A stretch of 64,000 bases of DNA from Lama guanicoe (taxonomy: Eukaryota): positions 8,692,077-8,756,076 of the forward strand of contig MU053652.1 of assembly GCA_013239625.1 (NCBI GenBank), in the 5' to 3' direction. The position numbers were made by a program, and so were the translations under genes. The number at the start of each line of letters is the position of its first letter. Position 1 is the first letter of the stretch. This document shows positions 26,391 through 39,719 of this stretch, piece after piece. The notes under the pieces are model-generated. The model saw nothing but the letters and a program-made list of their open reading frames with translations, was not told the origin of the DNA and did no database searches.

Positions 26391-27684
26391 CATCTCTAGA
26401 AAGTCTTTAACTAATACTTAAATATTCAATCAAATGTATGAATTTTTATGTAAATAGTTATTTCAACACTACCTTTTCCCACAAATAGTAAAACTTTTCA
26501 CTGGACACTTCTCATTTAGTTTCTGATATACTCAGAATATACTCATGAAGAGATTCTATAAGAGGGAACATATATGTGGACAGTTTAAATGAATGAAAAT
26601 ACTGGGGAGTTAGAAAATACTACAGTAAGCCTCCAATACTCTTTTTGTTACTCTTACCACAAGGAAATTTGACTAAAATCTCTTACCTGTGTTTCCTCAT
26701 GAAGAGCAAGTTAACTTTTAAAATGAATTAAAACATTTGTATTTATCACTGTACCCCAGGGGCTTATTTCCTTAAAAACGTTATTTCCTGAATACTGACC
26801 AACTGCAGCTTTTTTAGCAGTGTGGTTACCTTTATCTTGCACAACAGGAAAGAGATTCATCTTGCCCATCATTATAGTGAATCATGCCTCAGATACGTTT
26901 TCTAAATTTTATTGCTTCAACAGTTTGTGCTTTGTTGGAGATCAGTGCATCCTTTTGTCTGATACTAATTAAAGTGCCTTATTTAGTCCGTATTTCCAAT
27001 AAATGTAATCAAGATTTCTGGCCATTGCCTATTTCATTCCTGTAGTTCAGATCTCCTGCCAGCAATTAGGTGGAAAACAGCGTGTGAGGTTGGTACATAA
27101 CTTAGAGTATGAAACCTGAGGTCTAGTAAAAGCAGTGTTTATAGACAAGTTTGATTTATGAAGAGTGGTAGTGAGGTCACCTGTTAAAGTTTTGTTTTTA
27201 ATTTTTACTTTTGACATAGGGAAGGGAATGTAGATAAAAGGTATTTTCAGTTATGAAGAAAACTCTATTTCTTTTTTTAAGTCACTGTTTTGCAGTCGCT
27301 CAGTCGATCAGGAAGAGTTTTATTCTCTATGAATGAGGAACAGAAGCATTGTTGCTTCTGTTATAGCCTTCTTATAGCCTTTTACCATTTCCAGACATTT
27401 TGTTATCTCAGTTTTAGCCCATCCCCTTAGTGATACCACCTGACAGTGAAGGGCTAGTAAGAGAGAGGTCAAGCTGCTGCTGAAAGGGGCGGGGTGACTT
27501 GTTACGGCCGTGCAGTGGTCACCAGCCTCCCGATACGTAGTGATCTTAAAGCACTCTCCCTACCGATGATGACCATCCTTTCAGAGCCTAAAAAAATAAG
27601 AGCTGGTACTCTCCTGTGGAGGGCCAAGAGAGCTCTGGGATCTGAGGAAATCAAAGCAATGAAACTGGTCGTTAAAAACAAGTT

Positions 27685-27870
27685 GGGAATTGGGGTAGAG
27701 GGGAATGGGGAATTGCTATTCAAAGGGTATAAAGTTTCAATTACGCAAAATGAGTAAATTCTAGAGACCTGTATACGTTGTGCCTGTAGTTGACAATACT
27801 GTATCATACACTTAAAAATTCTTTAAGAGGGCAGATCTCATGTGAAATGTTCTTACCAGACACAAAAAAA
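27685..27870 (+). mobile_element. L1 3' end fragment (L1MA-like)
   Basis: ggaattgctattcaaagggtataaagtttcaattacgcaaaatgagtaaattctagagacctg...gatctcatgtgaaatgttcttacca followed by an A tail. Confidence 0.8.
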
Positions 27871-30704
27871 TGCTCCAGAAAGCAACACTTTTTTTTTGCT
27901 ATACCCTCTGTATCTCTTTCACCTATAGTGCTGTTTTATTAAAGATATTTGAAAGTTAATTGGTCTCCATTCCCCACCCTCTTCAAAGTAATAACATAGG
28001 AAAGCAAGAAGCAATAAGAAAAACCGATGAGTTGCATCATTAGAGAAATATATTTATGGTGGTTGGGACAGAATATTCTTCTACCTCATGAAAATGATGG
28101 GAAATACAGGCTTCAGTACCTGTTTCTGGAAACTTTAAATTTTGAACTGGAATTGTAATAATCTGTCAAACTATTGAAAGAATACTGCCACTACAAATGG
28201 AGAGCTTATCAGAATGACAAGCTCCTGGGACAAGTGTTTGAGAGAGATTAAATACAGACTTCAAATAAGCCAAGAGAAAGCAAATGCTGCTTTTTAAAAA
28301 CATACTAGTTTTCATTTTAATTTAGTAATGCCAGAATTGGTTTTGAAGTATAATTCGTTAGCTGGCTACTATGTGGCCGATGAGAGACAGAATGTACTAC
28401 ATTTTAAAATGATCTGTCCAAAAGTGTACCTGTTTTTAATGAATCGAAAGGAAAACACTCAAACTGCACAGAAGTTTTATCTTTTCTCATTTCCATCTTG
28501 TAAAAACATGACATTCCTTCCTCTTATATAAATAAATTCACCAGAAATAACATTTCTCTAAAATTCATACTACTAGTGCAGAAGAAAATGAGGCCTAATA
28601 AGACAAGCATTGGCCAAGTCTGGAAATTACACTCATTGAAAATTTATTTGCAAGTAAAGGAAGCTAATGTGTGGATCCTCATAGTTAGAGGCATCTGAAT
28701 TAGAGGGAAAATATGATGGATTAAGATGCCAAATGCTTGCTGAAGAGCACTCCTGGAAAACCAGTGAGGGAGCTCGGGGGAAGTGTGGATAACTGTGATT
28801 ATCAACATTTCTGTGATGGCTTTACAGCTTACAAATAACTTCCCCTAATAATCCAGGACTTTTTTTTTCAGAGCAAGCTTTTGAAGTTATTTTCATCATT
28901 ATTTGATTTGATTTATGTAACCCGTTTACGGAATGGGATAAAGTTGGCAGAGTGTAAGTAGCAAACAACTTAGCTTCTGTCCCAGCTCCACTCTGAGATG
29001 AGCTCCAGGACCACCCCACCATGCTCTCGAAAGAGGTCGTGGTGGAAACCATAGCTTTGCTGCCCACTTCCAGGTGTTAAAGAATGTGTTCAGCTATTAA
29101 AAATTTCAGACCAATTTAAATCAAAACCTACCTATTTCAAAAGGGTTCAGTTTTCTTTTCCTTCCTTCCAGCTTGCCTAGAAACCTGTCCCAGGGAAGGG
29201 TCGGTTGGTCTACCTGTTGTCTGTTCTTCACGTGCTTCTTGTTTTACCTGCTTGTAAACTCTTCCTACCAGGTTTGGGTAGCATGGAGGATGGGATGGGG
29301 CAAGAGGTGCAAGGGGCAAAATGTCTGTGGATGTCGGTGCTCTTTGTAGTCCTTTCTTGGTTAGCAAATGACTTCTGTTGTAGGAGGTGTCCACGTTTAA
29401 TATTTCTCTGGTGCAGTTCCTTGGCCGCCCAGGGACGTCTGGCATCACACTATAGCCTCCTAGAGAGATGCGTCCTGTGGCTGCCCTCCTTGCACATCCT
29501 CTGAGCTACTGGTTTAACAATATCACCCACATGTCCTCTACCTGCCTGAATTTAATTTTCTTAGCAGATGGCCCAAAGTAAATTGGAAGCTCCTTGAAGA
29601 CAAAGGCTGTATTATATGTCCTGGTTCCAGTCTAGCACCAGCCGTAAGTAATATGGCTCACTGGTGTTCTGTAATCTAACTTAAAAGTTTTCTCTACTTT
29701 GAGTATTAAAAAATAAAAAATACAGTCTCCCAGTAGGTGTCAGGGTATGACACTTGAGCCAGCACCTCTCAGGTTAACAGGCTGTCTGGTCCTCATTCTC
29801 AAATCCAGGCTCCCATTTTCCTAGAAATTCCTTGGAAAACATATTCACTTTAGAGGGCCAGTTCTTTTGTTTCTGTGGGCTAATTTGAGGCTGGAATTCA
29901 GGACTGCTTCCAGATTCTTGCTACCCTCCGTACCCTGAGATGGGGAACTGCCTGGATAAAGAAGATGACTTCCCAGTGGAAACACAGGCACAAGTATAGT
30001 TTTAATAGAATCGAAACATGCCTCCTCTAGTTCATAAATACCCCTCCCCAAAGCCCTTCTTTCTGGAAAAGAGCCTGTTACAAGCAAGTTTAGCAGTCTC
30101 CCTTCTTTGACCTTACAAAAGAAGGGTACACCTCTCACCCAACTTGAGCCTTACCTCTAGAGTGGAACAACCTCCACGTCACCATTCAAAAGAATAATTT
30201 ATAATTTTCACATTAGTTTTGAGAAAGCAATTGACCAATGATATAATAAATCCTCCTGTAAATTAGATGTCTTTTCCTTCTCTGCTTTCAACAAAGTTGA
30301 TGAAGGATTTATTCAAATTTTCAGCTGCTGAGTGATTGAAAATAATTTTTGCTTATCAATCACTGGATTGTTTGAGGACATTCAGATAGGAGGGAAATAA
30401 ACTAATGCATAGACATTGCTCTAATAATGTCCCATCTAGTTATTTTCTTGGAGTTGGCAACAGAAAGAATGAAAACCTGGATTAAAATTGATGCAGAACT
30501 ATCTTGTGTAGAATTAAGCTTTAGTCACCCACAGATACGTGAACTGATTGGAAAAAGAGCACTGTCCATTTCACTAAGAGATGCGTATCTAATAAATTGT
30601 TTTACTTTTTGTAACTTTTACTTATTAATATCCAGTTGTCATATTTATTTTGGATCATTTGAATGCTACTAATAATCGTAATAAAATAAATTCAGAAGGA
30701 TTTT

Positions 30705-32300
30705 ATTTTGTTTTTGATTTTTGACAAATAAAAACTGTATACATTTAAGGTGCACAACATGTTTGATATGTGTATACATTGTGAAATGATTACCACAGTC
30801 AGACTAATTTACACATCCATCAGCTCCCTTTTTGTGTGTGTGGTAAGAACACTTGATCTCCTTTTAGCAAATTTCAAGTACACACAGTATTATTATTAAG
30901 TACTGTCACCATGCTGTACTTCTGGTCTCCAGAAATTAAGCATTTTATCACTGAAAGTTTGTACCCTTTAATCAATATCTTTCCTTTTCCTCCACCCCCC
31001 CAGGTCTGGTAACCACCATTCTACTTTGTTATTATGAATTTGCCTTTTTGTAGATTCCACACGTAAGTGAGATCATGCAATATTTACCTCTATGTGTCTG
31101 GCTTATTTCACTTAACAGAATGTCTTCTAAGTACATCCATGCTGTTGCAAATGACAGGACTTCCTTCTTTTGTAAGGTTGCATAATATTTTATTGTATGC
31201 ATGTTTTCTTTCTACAGATGGATACTTAAGTTGTTTCCCTATCTTGGCTCCTGTGAGTAATACTGCAGTGAACATAAGTGTACATAAATCTCTTAAAGAT
31301 AGAAATTTTATTTCCTTTTGAGTATATGCCCAGAACTGGGTAACTGGATCATTAGGTAGATCTACTTTTAATTTTTTGATAAATCTCAGTACTATTTTCC
31401 ATAGCAACTGCACCATTTTATATTCCCCCTACAGTGTTACAACAGTTCCAGCTTTTCTACATCCTTACCAGCACTTGTTATCTTTTGTTATTTAGATAAC
31501 AGCCATCGTAATATGTGTGAGGTGATGTCTGATCCTGGTTTTGATTTGCATTTCCCTGATGACTACTGATGTTGAAAATCTTTTCATGTATCTGCTGGCC
31601 ATTTGTATATCTGCTTTGGAGAAAAGTCTGTTTTATGTCCTTTGTCTATTTTCTAATTGGTTTTTTGTTTTCGTTTTGTTTGTTTGTTTGTTTGTTTGTT
31701 TGCTTTTGAGTTGTAGGAGTTCCTTATATATTTTGGACATGAACTTATTATCAGAGATACAATTTGCAAGTATTTTTTCACATTCTGTAGGTCACCTTTT
31801 CACTCTGTTTCCTTTGCTGTGCAGAAACTTTTTAGTTTGATGTAGTCTTGCTTGGCTATTTTTGCTTCTGTAGTTTATGCTTTTAGTGTCATATCCAAAA
31901 AAATCATTGCCTAGACAAATGTCAAGGAGATTTTCCCGTATGTTTTCTTCTAGCAGTTTCATGATTTTAGGTCTTGTGTTTAAGTCTTTAATCCATTTTT
32001 AGTTGATTTTTGTGTATGGTGTAAGATGTGCTATCTGCAAATGGGTATCCAGTTTTCTGAGCACCATCTATTGAAGAGATCATGTCATGTGCAAATACAC
32101 AATTTTACTTTTTCCTTTCTGATTTGGATGCCTAGTTGTTCTGGCTAGGGCTTCCAGTATTATGTTAAATGAATATGATAAGGATGGGCACCCTTGTCTT
32201 GTTCCTGATTTTAGAAGAAAAGCTTTCAGTTTTTTTGCTGCTGAGTATAACTGTGGGCTTGTCATATATGTCTTTTATAATGTTAAGGTATATTCTAGAA
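30705..32300 (-). mobile_element. L1MA-like element with an internal deletion near 32080
   Basis: Antisense 3' UTR and ORF2 relic. Minus-strand ORFs include KLKAFLLKSGTRQGCPSLSYSFNIILEALAR (RT motif) and KKLKVDLPNDP...CTLMFTAVLLTGAKIGKQ. Confidence 0.9.
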
Positions 32301-33439
32301 GGACATACAAACACAATCTTTCTCTTTTTCTCTCTCTTTCTGTATATATATTGAACCTTGTGATCAGAGAAAATTAAAATTTATATATATATATATATAT
32401 TTTGGTACAGATAATTATGGGATCATCAATAGAACATGGTCAAGCATTAAAATATAGTAGGATAAAATTCTACATTTATGAAGAATAAATAGAATCAAAG
32501 TAAAAATTCAAGACCAAAAAGAATAATGTCAGATTTCTGTTAAAGAGGAGTTGTACAGGTGGTGGTTTTTTTTTTTTTAATGGATGATGGTGGAATCATT
32601 TTGCTGTAATAAATTCCCCTTGGATCCACTTAAGAATGATATCACTATGTTCTATGTTAAATGTCAATGTTTCCAGCACACCAGAAATTATACCCTTTGC
32701 AACTCTTTAAATTTATATTTAAAATTTCTAGATGTCAATTTAAAAATGTGTGAAAAGGGTACATAATTTTTCAGAATTATTTTAGGAAGTGCATGAGGAA
32801 AAGTTTGAAGACTGTTTTTCTAGGACATGCCATGTTTTGGAGCCAGACGAAGTCCTGCGGTCAGAAGACATTACTGTTCACATGCTTCAGATGCAGCCCT
32901 CTTAGTGCATACAACCAGATGAAAAGCCTTTATTCTTAGCTGCTCCTGTCCTTGTATCTAGAATACTGACCAGCAGTCAGGGATATCCCTGGGACCCACC
33001 TCCACCGCTAGTGGTGCTCATCTCCATCCAGACCAGCTCAGTGCCTAAGGGACAATGAAGGACCAATGTTCTCTTGAGATACGTGCATTGTAATCACTAC
33101 TTAGAGCATTGCTGTGAAGAGTGAGAGTAGTACACATAAAGGATTTGACGAGATCCTCAAAACAATCAATGAATGAAAAGAATGATAATATTGGTAAGTA
33201 GGAAAGACATTTAAAAAAACCTAATTGAACAGCATTTGCCATGAGATAGTAAATAAGTTCATATTTTCAGAAGTGACTGACCAGAGTTTATAAAATTTAA
33301 ACATAGAAAGAAATACATTGGAAATGAAATAAATTGCAAAGGTGGTAGGAAATTTTAAAAACTCAAATTTCAAGATGTTAAAAAATATTAATTTCAGGGT
33401 GATGATAGTGGGTGCATATGAGGACAACACGGCCTTAGG

Positions 33440-33610
33440 GAAAGAATGAGACAGACCAGAGCATAAATCTTGTGACAGATTAGCCATGTTACCATGAGCT
33501 GGTTACTTGAATCTCTTTGAGTGTGTTTCCTCGCTGGTGAAATGGGGACAGTAGTGCCTGTATCAAGGATTATGTTGTGAATTAATTGACATAATATATG
33601 TAGGAACAGT
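33440..33610 (+). mobile_element. MIR SINE
   Basis: gttacttgaatctctttgagtgtgtttcctcgctggtgaaatggggacagtagtgcct...ttgtgaattaattgacataat. Confidence 0.7.
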
Positions 33611-34929
33611 TGACTGTGTTCTTCCGCTTTTACCTCACCATGTAGTTTCTTCTTTTAGCCTTTGCTTTGTGTGCTGTGCTTGCTTTCAATTTCCTTACTC
33701 TTAGGTTCATTTTTCTACCTTCTTTAAACTTTTCTCTTAGCACCCTGTTTTAAAGTAGCCAATTTTCAGGAAGGGGGCTCATAGCTGATGAAGGATTCAA
33801 TGCTCTTGACAACCTGAAAGAACATTATTTTATGAAGCTAAATGTTCTTTTGTCTCCTGAGTCCTTTCTGAGATTTTTGGCTTTGGTGTTTTTATTGTCA
33901 TGTAGTATTTATTTGGTAAGAACCCCATAACCATTTTTTTTTAAGATTTGAGAGTTAGTTTCAATCACAAGGAGATAGTTTTCATCATGAATAATGCCCT
34001 AATGTCAGTTATGAAGGGACAACATTCTATGGTTGTCATATATTTGCAATCAACATTGGTTTTGTTTCTCGGTTGATGTCACTGGAGATTTATATCTGCT
34101 CTGGTAAAATGCAGCTGTCAAAGCATCATGAGCTCTGTGCTGCAGAGTGTCCCGCCATTGCTGACGGTAACTTTACAGCCGTGTCTTCCATGTTGGCACC
34201 GTGTTAATACATTATGTGCGGGGCACTCAACTGTGACCTGTACTGGAGCTGTGGAATAGCAGTGCAACTGGGGGCTCCCACTACAACTGACATGCAGATC
34301 AGTGAAAGAGAGAGTAATCCTGAATTCAATGCAATTGATATTACTGGGATTGTTTCAGATACAGAGAAATCTGAAGCAGTGTAAAAATATCCTGGGACCC
34401 TTTGCAAGCCCTGACTGGTAAGAAGGAAATACAGAAGGCTGTTGCTGCAAATCAGAATCTTCAAATGGCCTTGATGACTGAGAGATGCACACAGAACCAG
34501 AGTCAAAAATGCCGCACTGTTGTGCATCTGTACCTGAGAGCAGGGTGCTTCCCTTTAGCCTTTCTCTGCCCAAGAAATCTGGATAATGTTCCAAGACCAG
34601 TTCAGCTTGGTGCACCCAGGTTGATCTCAGTGCACACTCTTCTTTATTAGCACTTTTTACTCAAACATAGTATATAGTATAATACATAAACTAGTATAAA
34701 TATGTAAATATAGGCATAGTTTGATATAGTGTATTTAATTTTTTATATTTATTCTAATGGCTGGTTATATAAACCTTCATAGAAAAACTCATTTTGAGGT
34801 AATGTGCATAATGTGTATGTTTATGTATATGTACATTATTACACAGAGAATTTTTTAAGTTAGGTAACTATGAAATATAATTGCAGTAGTTATAATGAGA
34901 ACAAGACTGACATTCTTTGCAAGTAAAAT

Positions 34930-37335
34930 TTATTTTTTTGTTTTAAGAATACACGTGTAAAAGACATGAGATCTATGCTCTTAATAAATTTTTGAGCACA
35001 CAGTTACAATACTGTTGACTACAAGTAAAATACAGCAGATCTGTAGAATTTATACTATAAAATGTATACCTGTTGAACAGAAACTCCATTTCCCCTTTCC
35101 TCCAGTTTCAGGCAACACCATTCTACTCCCTTTTTCTGTGAGTTTGACTATGGTACATATCTCATGTAAGTGGAATCATGCACTATTTGTCATTCTGTGA
35201 TTAGCTAATTTTACTTAATATAATGCCTTCAAGCTTCATCCTTGTTTTCATATATGGCAGGATTTCATTCTTTTTTGAGGTAGAATAATATTCCATTCCA
35301 AGATGATGATAAAATGTATCATCTTTATCCATTCATCCATTGATATACATTTAGGTTGTTCCATATCTTAACTATTGTGAATTATGCTGCAGTGAACTTG
35401 GTAGTATAATATCTCTTTGAAATCCTGATTACAGTTCTTTTAGAAATATGCCCAGAGGTGAGATTGTGTTGGATCATATAGGAACTCTACTTTTAATTTT
35501 TTGAGAACCCTCCATACAATTTTCCATAACAAATGCACTATTTCTTATTTCCACCAGCAGTGTTTAAGGGTTTCAGTTTCTCCACATCCTTGCCAGCACT
35601 TGGTATCTTTTAGATAACCATCCTAAAAGGTGTCAGGTGATATCTCAGCGTGGTTTTGATTTAGATTTCCCTGATGATTACCAATGTGGAGCGAAATTTT
35701 AATACTTGTTGGTCATTGGTATATATTCCTTGGAGAAAGGAAGATCAATTGATCATATTTGTCTGGGTTTATTTCTGGGCTCTCGATTCTGTTCCATTTG
35801 TCTATTGGTTCCTTCGATCTCCATTGTGGTCCATTGGTTCTATTGTTTTTATGCCAGAACCATACTGTTTTAATGACTGTAACTTTGGAATGTGTTTTGA
35901 AATTAAGAAGTGTGATTCCTCCAGGTTTTTTCTTTCTCAGGATTGCTTTGGCTATTCAAGGTCGTTTGTGGTTCTATTTGAATTTTAGGATTTTTTTTTT
36001 TCCTGTTTCTGTTCAAAAAATGCCCCTGGAATTTTGAAAAGGATTACATTGAATTTGTAGATTGCTTTGGGTATTATGAACTTTTTAACAATATTAAATA
36101 TTTTGAACCATAAACATGGGGTATCTTTCCATGTATTTGTGCTGCTTTAAATTTTTTTACTGGTTTTATATAGTTTTCATTCTATAATTCTTTCACATCC
36201 TTGGTGAAATTTATTCCTAAATATTTTGTTCTTTTTGACCCTATTGTAAGTGGGATTGTCTTCTTAATTTCTTCTTTGGATAGGTCATTGTTTGTGTGTG
36301 CAAGAAGAAATGCAACTAGTTTTTGTATATGTTGATTTGTATTCAATAGATTCATTGAATTTATTAGTTTCAACAGTGTTTTGTGAATTCTTTATGTTTT
36401 TTACATACAAGGTAATGTCATCTGGATAATTTTACTTCTTCCTTTTCAATTTGTATGCTTTTAAAATCCCCTTTTTACCACTAATTGCTCTGGCTAGGGT
36501 TTTAATTACTATACAGAATTAAAGTGGTAAAAATGGGCAGCCTTGCCTTGTTCCTGATTTAGGGGAAATGTCTCTGTTTTTCATAGTCGAGTATGATGTT
36601 GGTTATGGGCTTGTCATATGTGGTCTTTATTATATTGAGTTAAATTCCTTTTATTGGTAGTTTGTTGGCATCTTTTATCATAAAAGGACATTGAATTTTT
36701 TCAAATGCTTTTTCTGCCTCTGTTGCAATGATCATGTGATTTTTATCCTTCATTCTGTTAATATGGTATGTCACATTGATTTGAATGTGTCACACCATTA
36801 TTGCATCCTAGGATTAAATCTCACTTGATCATGGCATATGATTCTTTTAGTGTCCAGTCAAATTTGTTTTGCTGGCATTTTGTTGAGGACTTTCATGTCT
36901 GCATACATCAGAGATACTTACCTATAGTTTCTTGTAGTGTCTTTGTATGGCTTTGATACCTGGATAATGCTAGCTTTTTAAAATGAGTTTCAAAGTGTTC
37001 TCTTTAATTTTGGGGAAGAGTTTGAGAAGTGATTAGCATTAATTCTTTAAAATTGTGGTATAATTTACCAGTGAATCCATCTGATTCGGGGCTTTTCTTT
37101 TTTGGGAGGTTTTTGATCATATTTTCTGTTTCTTCATGAATCAGTCTTGGTAGGTTGTATATTTCTAGGAATTTATCCATTTCTTTCAGGTTATCCAGTT
37201 TGTTGGCATGTAATTGTTCATAGTGGTCTCATGATTCTTTTTATTTCTGTGGCATCAGATGTCATTTCTCCTCTTTCATTTCTGATTTTGAGTCTCTTTA
37301 TCCTAAATAGTCTAGCTAAAGTTTTGTCAATTTGA
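34930..37335 (-). mobile_element. L1 (MA/MB-like), ~2.4 kb with an internal deletion near 35740
   Basis: Antisense L1. Minus ORF 36182..36373 (IQKLVAFL...EIKKTIPLTIGSKRTKYLGINFTKDVKEL) is an ORF2 RT segment. Confidence 0.9.
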
Positions 37336-39719
37336 TTTAAGAAATTTCTGCTCAAAACACCTAAGTGACATGTTTTTTCTCTACTAAGGCAGTTTTATTA
37401 GTATATCTGTGACAGTGACTCTCCTAAGTTTTATTTATGAAACAGTTTATCACTTATTTAGTAAGATTAATTGTAAGCTGATTTTTTTTAATTAACTTAA
37501 AAAAAATCATTTCTAAGCCTCCTGTTTAGAAGGAAGTGATGCTTATATCTAAAGTATTAACAATGATCAGATAACTTCTGCTGAATGAGACCCATGATTC
37601 ATGGTAGTATTTCCTTCCCTATGAAATTTGAAGAGAACTTTTTAAGTACAGGAACTCTATTACAAGAAGATGTGATAGTATTTTTCCTTAAGTTTTCTTT
37701 TGTTTTAAAGAAGGAATGTCTTATGTAAACTTCAGTGGGGTTTTGTTTGTTTTTTGCGCTTTTAATTCTTCCCCATTAAAACTATAGGCCCTGGTAATAA
37801 CTGCTTCAAAGATATTAACATAACATCATTTAAAGAGAGTTTTGAAAGATGGGGTGAGAAGCCTATTTCAAACTTTCTCTTGTTCTCAGAAAAGACTTCA
37901 CTGACTTAAAACAACCAAGAAAACCATAGTGACGGTAAGTTTGGCAAAAGAAGTAAAAATGAAGAATTAGTCAATTTTTAAACAAGTAACACTTCTGTTA
38001 TCTCTGGCTCAGAATTACTTATTACATAAAACGCAAGATGAATTTGGTTGGCAAAGATTTGATATCTTTTGGCTTATAAAATAACAAAATTTTACCTGAA
38101 GCAAATTTGAAATTCTCGCTGCGTTCTAATGTTTAATTTTCCTCTTCTTGCCATAATATAGCTTTGCTGGCAGATGGCAACAATTGGATCATATTGAATT
38201 TGGCAAATTCTCATAAGATTCTTGAAAAATTTTAATATTTGCATGTGGAAAAAAATTTAGTTTTTACTTCGCTCTGCCAGAATGGCAGAGACAAAGTCTT
38301 AAGCATTTCCCTAATTTTTGTACCCTGTATTACATTACTTCACATTTAAGTAGGATAGATGTCTAGGGGAAAAAGTTAAACTATTAATTTACTATGAATA
38401 TAATCTTAGGGTTGTAAAAACTTAATGTATCGTCTTCCACACTTCAAAACTGCTCCTAGAGTAGCAGCTTGTGTCTTTGTTAAAATAAAATCGGTACCTG
38501 CAGGTCAACATTCCTATCAGCATTAAACAACTTTCCCTGTAGGGTCCCTCTAAAAATTCAAAACGTTCGCATCCAGTAACTGATTTTACATAGGGGCAGT
38601 GCTTCAGATGCCTCATTCTCATGTTATTTCTCTGCAAATACTGGAGTCCAGGTGAAGGCTTCAGATTGAACTTCTAGGGAAGAGCCTCCTTAGTTCTTTA
38701 GTAAATAAAATGCTTGGCACATATGACCAAGACAGGCATACATTTTCCTAAGTTCAGCCCCAAGCAAATTCAAGTCATAGTAGGATTCTGGAGGACTTGA
38801 GTATTTATTTGAGCTCCTTGCTTAAGCACACTCCCTACATGCAGTGAGACTAGAAGGATAAATGGCTTAAAGTAAGGGTCTTGATTTCTGCTGAAAACTC
38901 ATTAAAATTGCAGAAGTAACTATTTCGGGAAGGCTCAGAGCAAGTTCCTAGGCTTAATGTGATTAGTCACTTTTGTGATGAGACTTAACTGACAGATGGA
39001 CCTGTTTCCCTCATAATCAGACAGATTAGTGATTAAATTAAGTTTTCATCATTAATATTTTCTTGGGCATATTTGTGAATGTTTCATGGCTTAGTTTTTC
39101 AGAGAAGGTCCCCAACCTGGCCAGTGACCTTTGCTGTTTCCCCTCAGTTGGTGGCATCTTTAGAAAGAGGAAGCTCGTTGACCTTGTTGCTTTGACTCCA
39201 TGGGGCTGCTCTTTCTGTTCACAGAGAGGCTAATTCCAGGACTTAGCTACTGCATGTGTTGTCTGGCTTTGTTTTCTTTCCATCATGTAGCTTGTGGTGG
39301 CCTGGACAAAAAGTGTATATCCATTTTATGGTCATTCTTTTCTTAAAAGCAATCCAAAGATGTAATACTTCAACCACACGTTCTTGTAAATTGATCAAAA
39401 TTGCTCACAGTTTTATAGCACCACTTATGTAAATTGAGATATTTTACAAGGAGGATAATTAATCTGATCTAGGAATATTTATCCATATGGCATGGATGAG
39501 CAAGAATTTCACAGTAGATGATAATCACTCTCTCTTATGAGATAAGAGTCAAATACAATTTATTCTGTATTACTTTAATAAGTAAATAATTCATGTTGTA
39601 TGTAGTTTTGTTAATTCTGAAAGAAAGTTTTGCAGTGGGCCAACCCCTGTGGTGGAATACGGAGAAATAGCTTTCAAGTTCAGGAGGCTGTTACTAAAAG
39701 TAGCTCTACAGAGTCTCCT

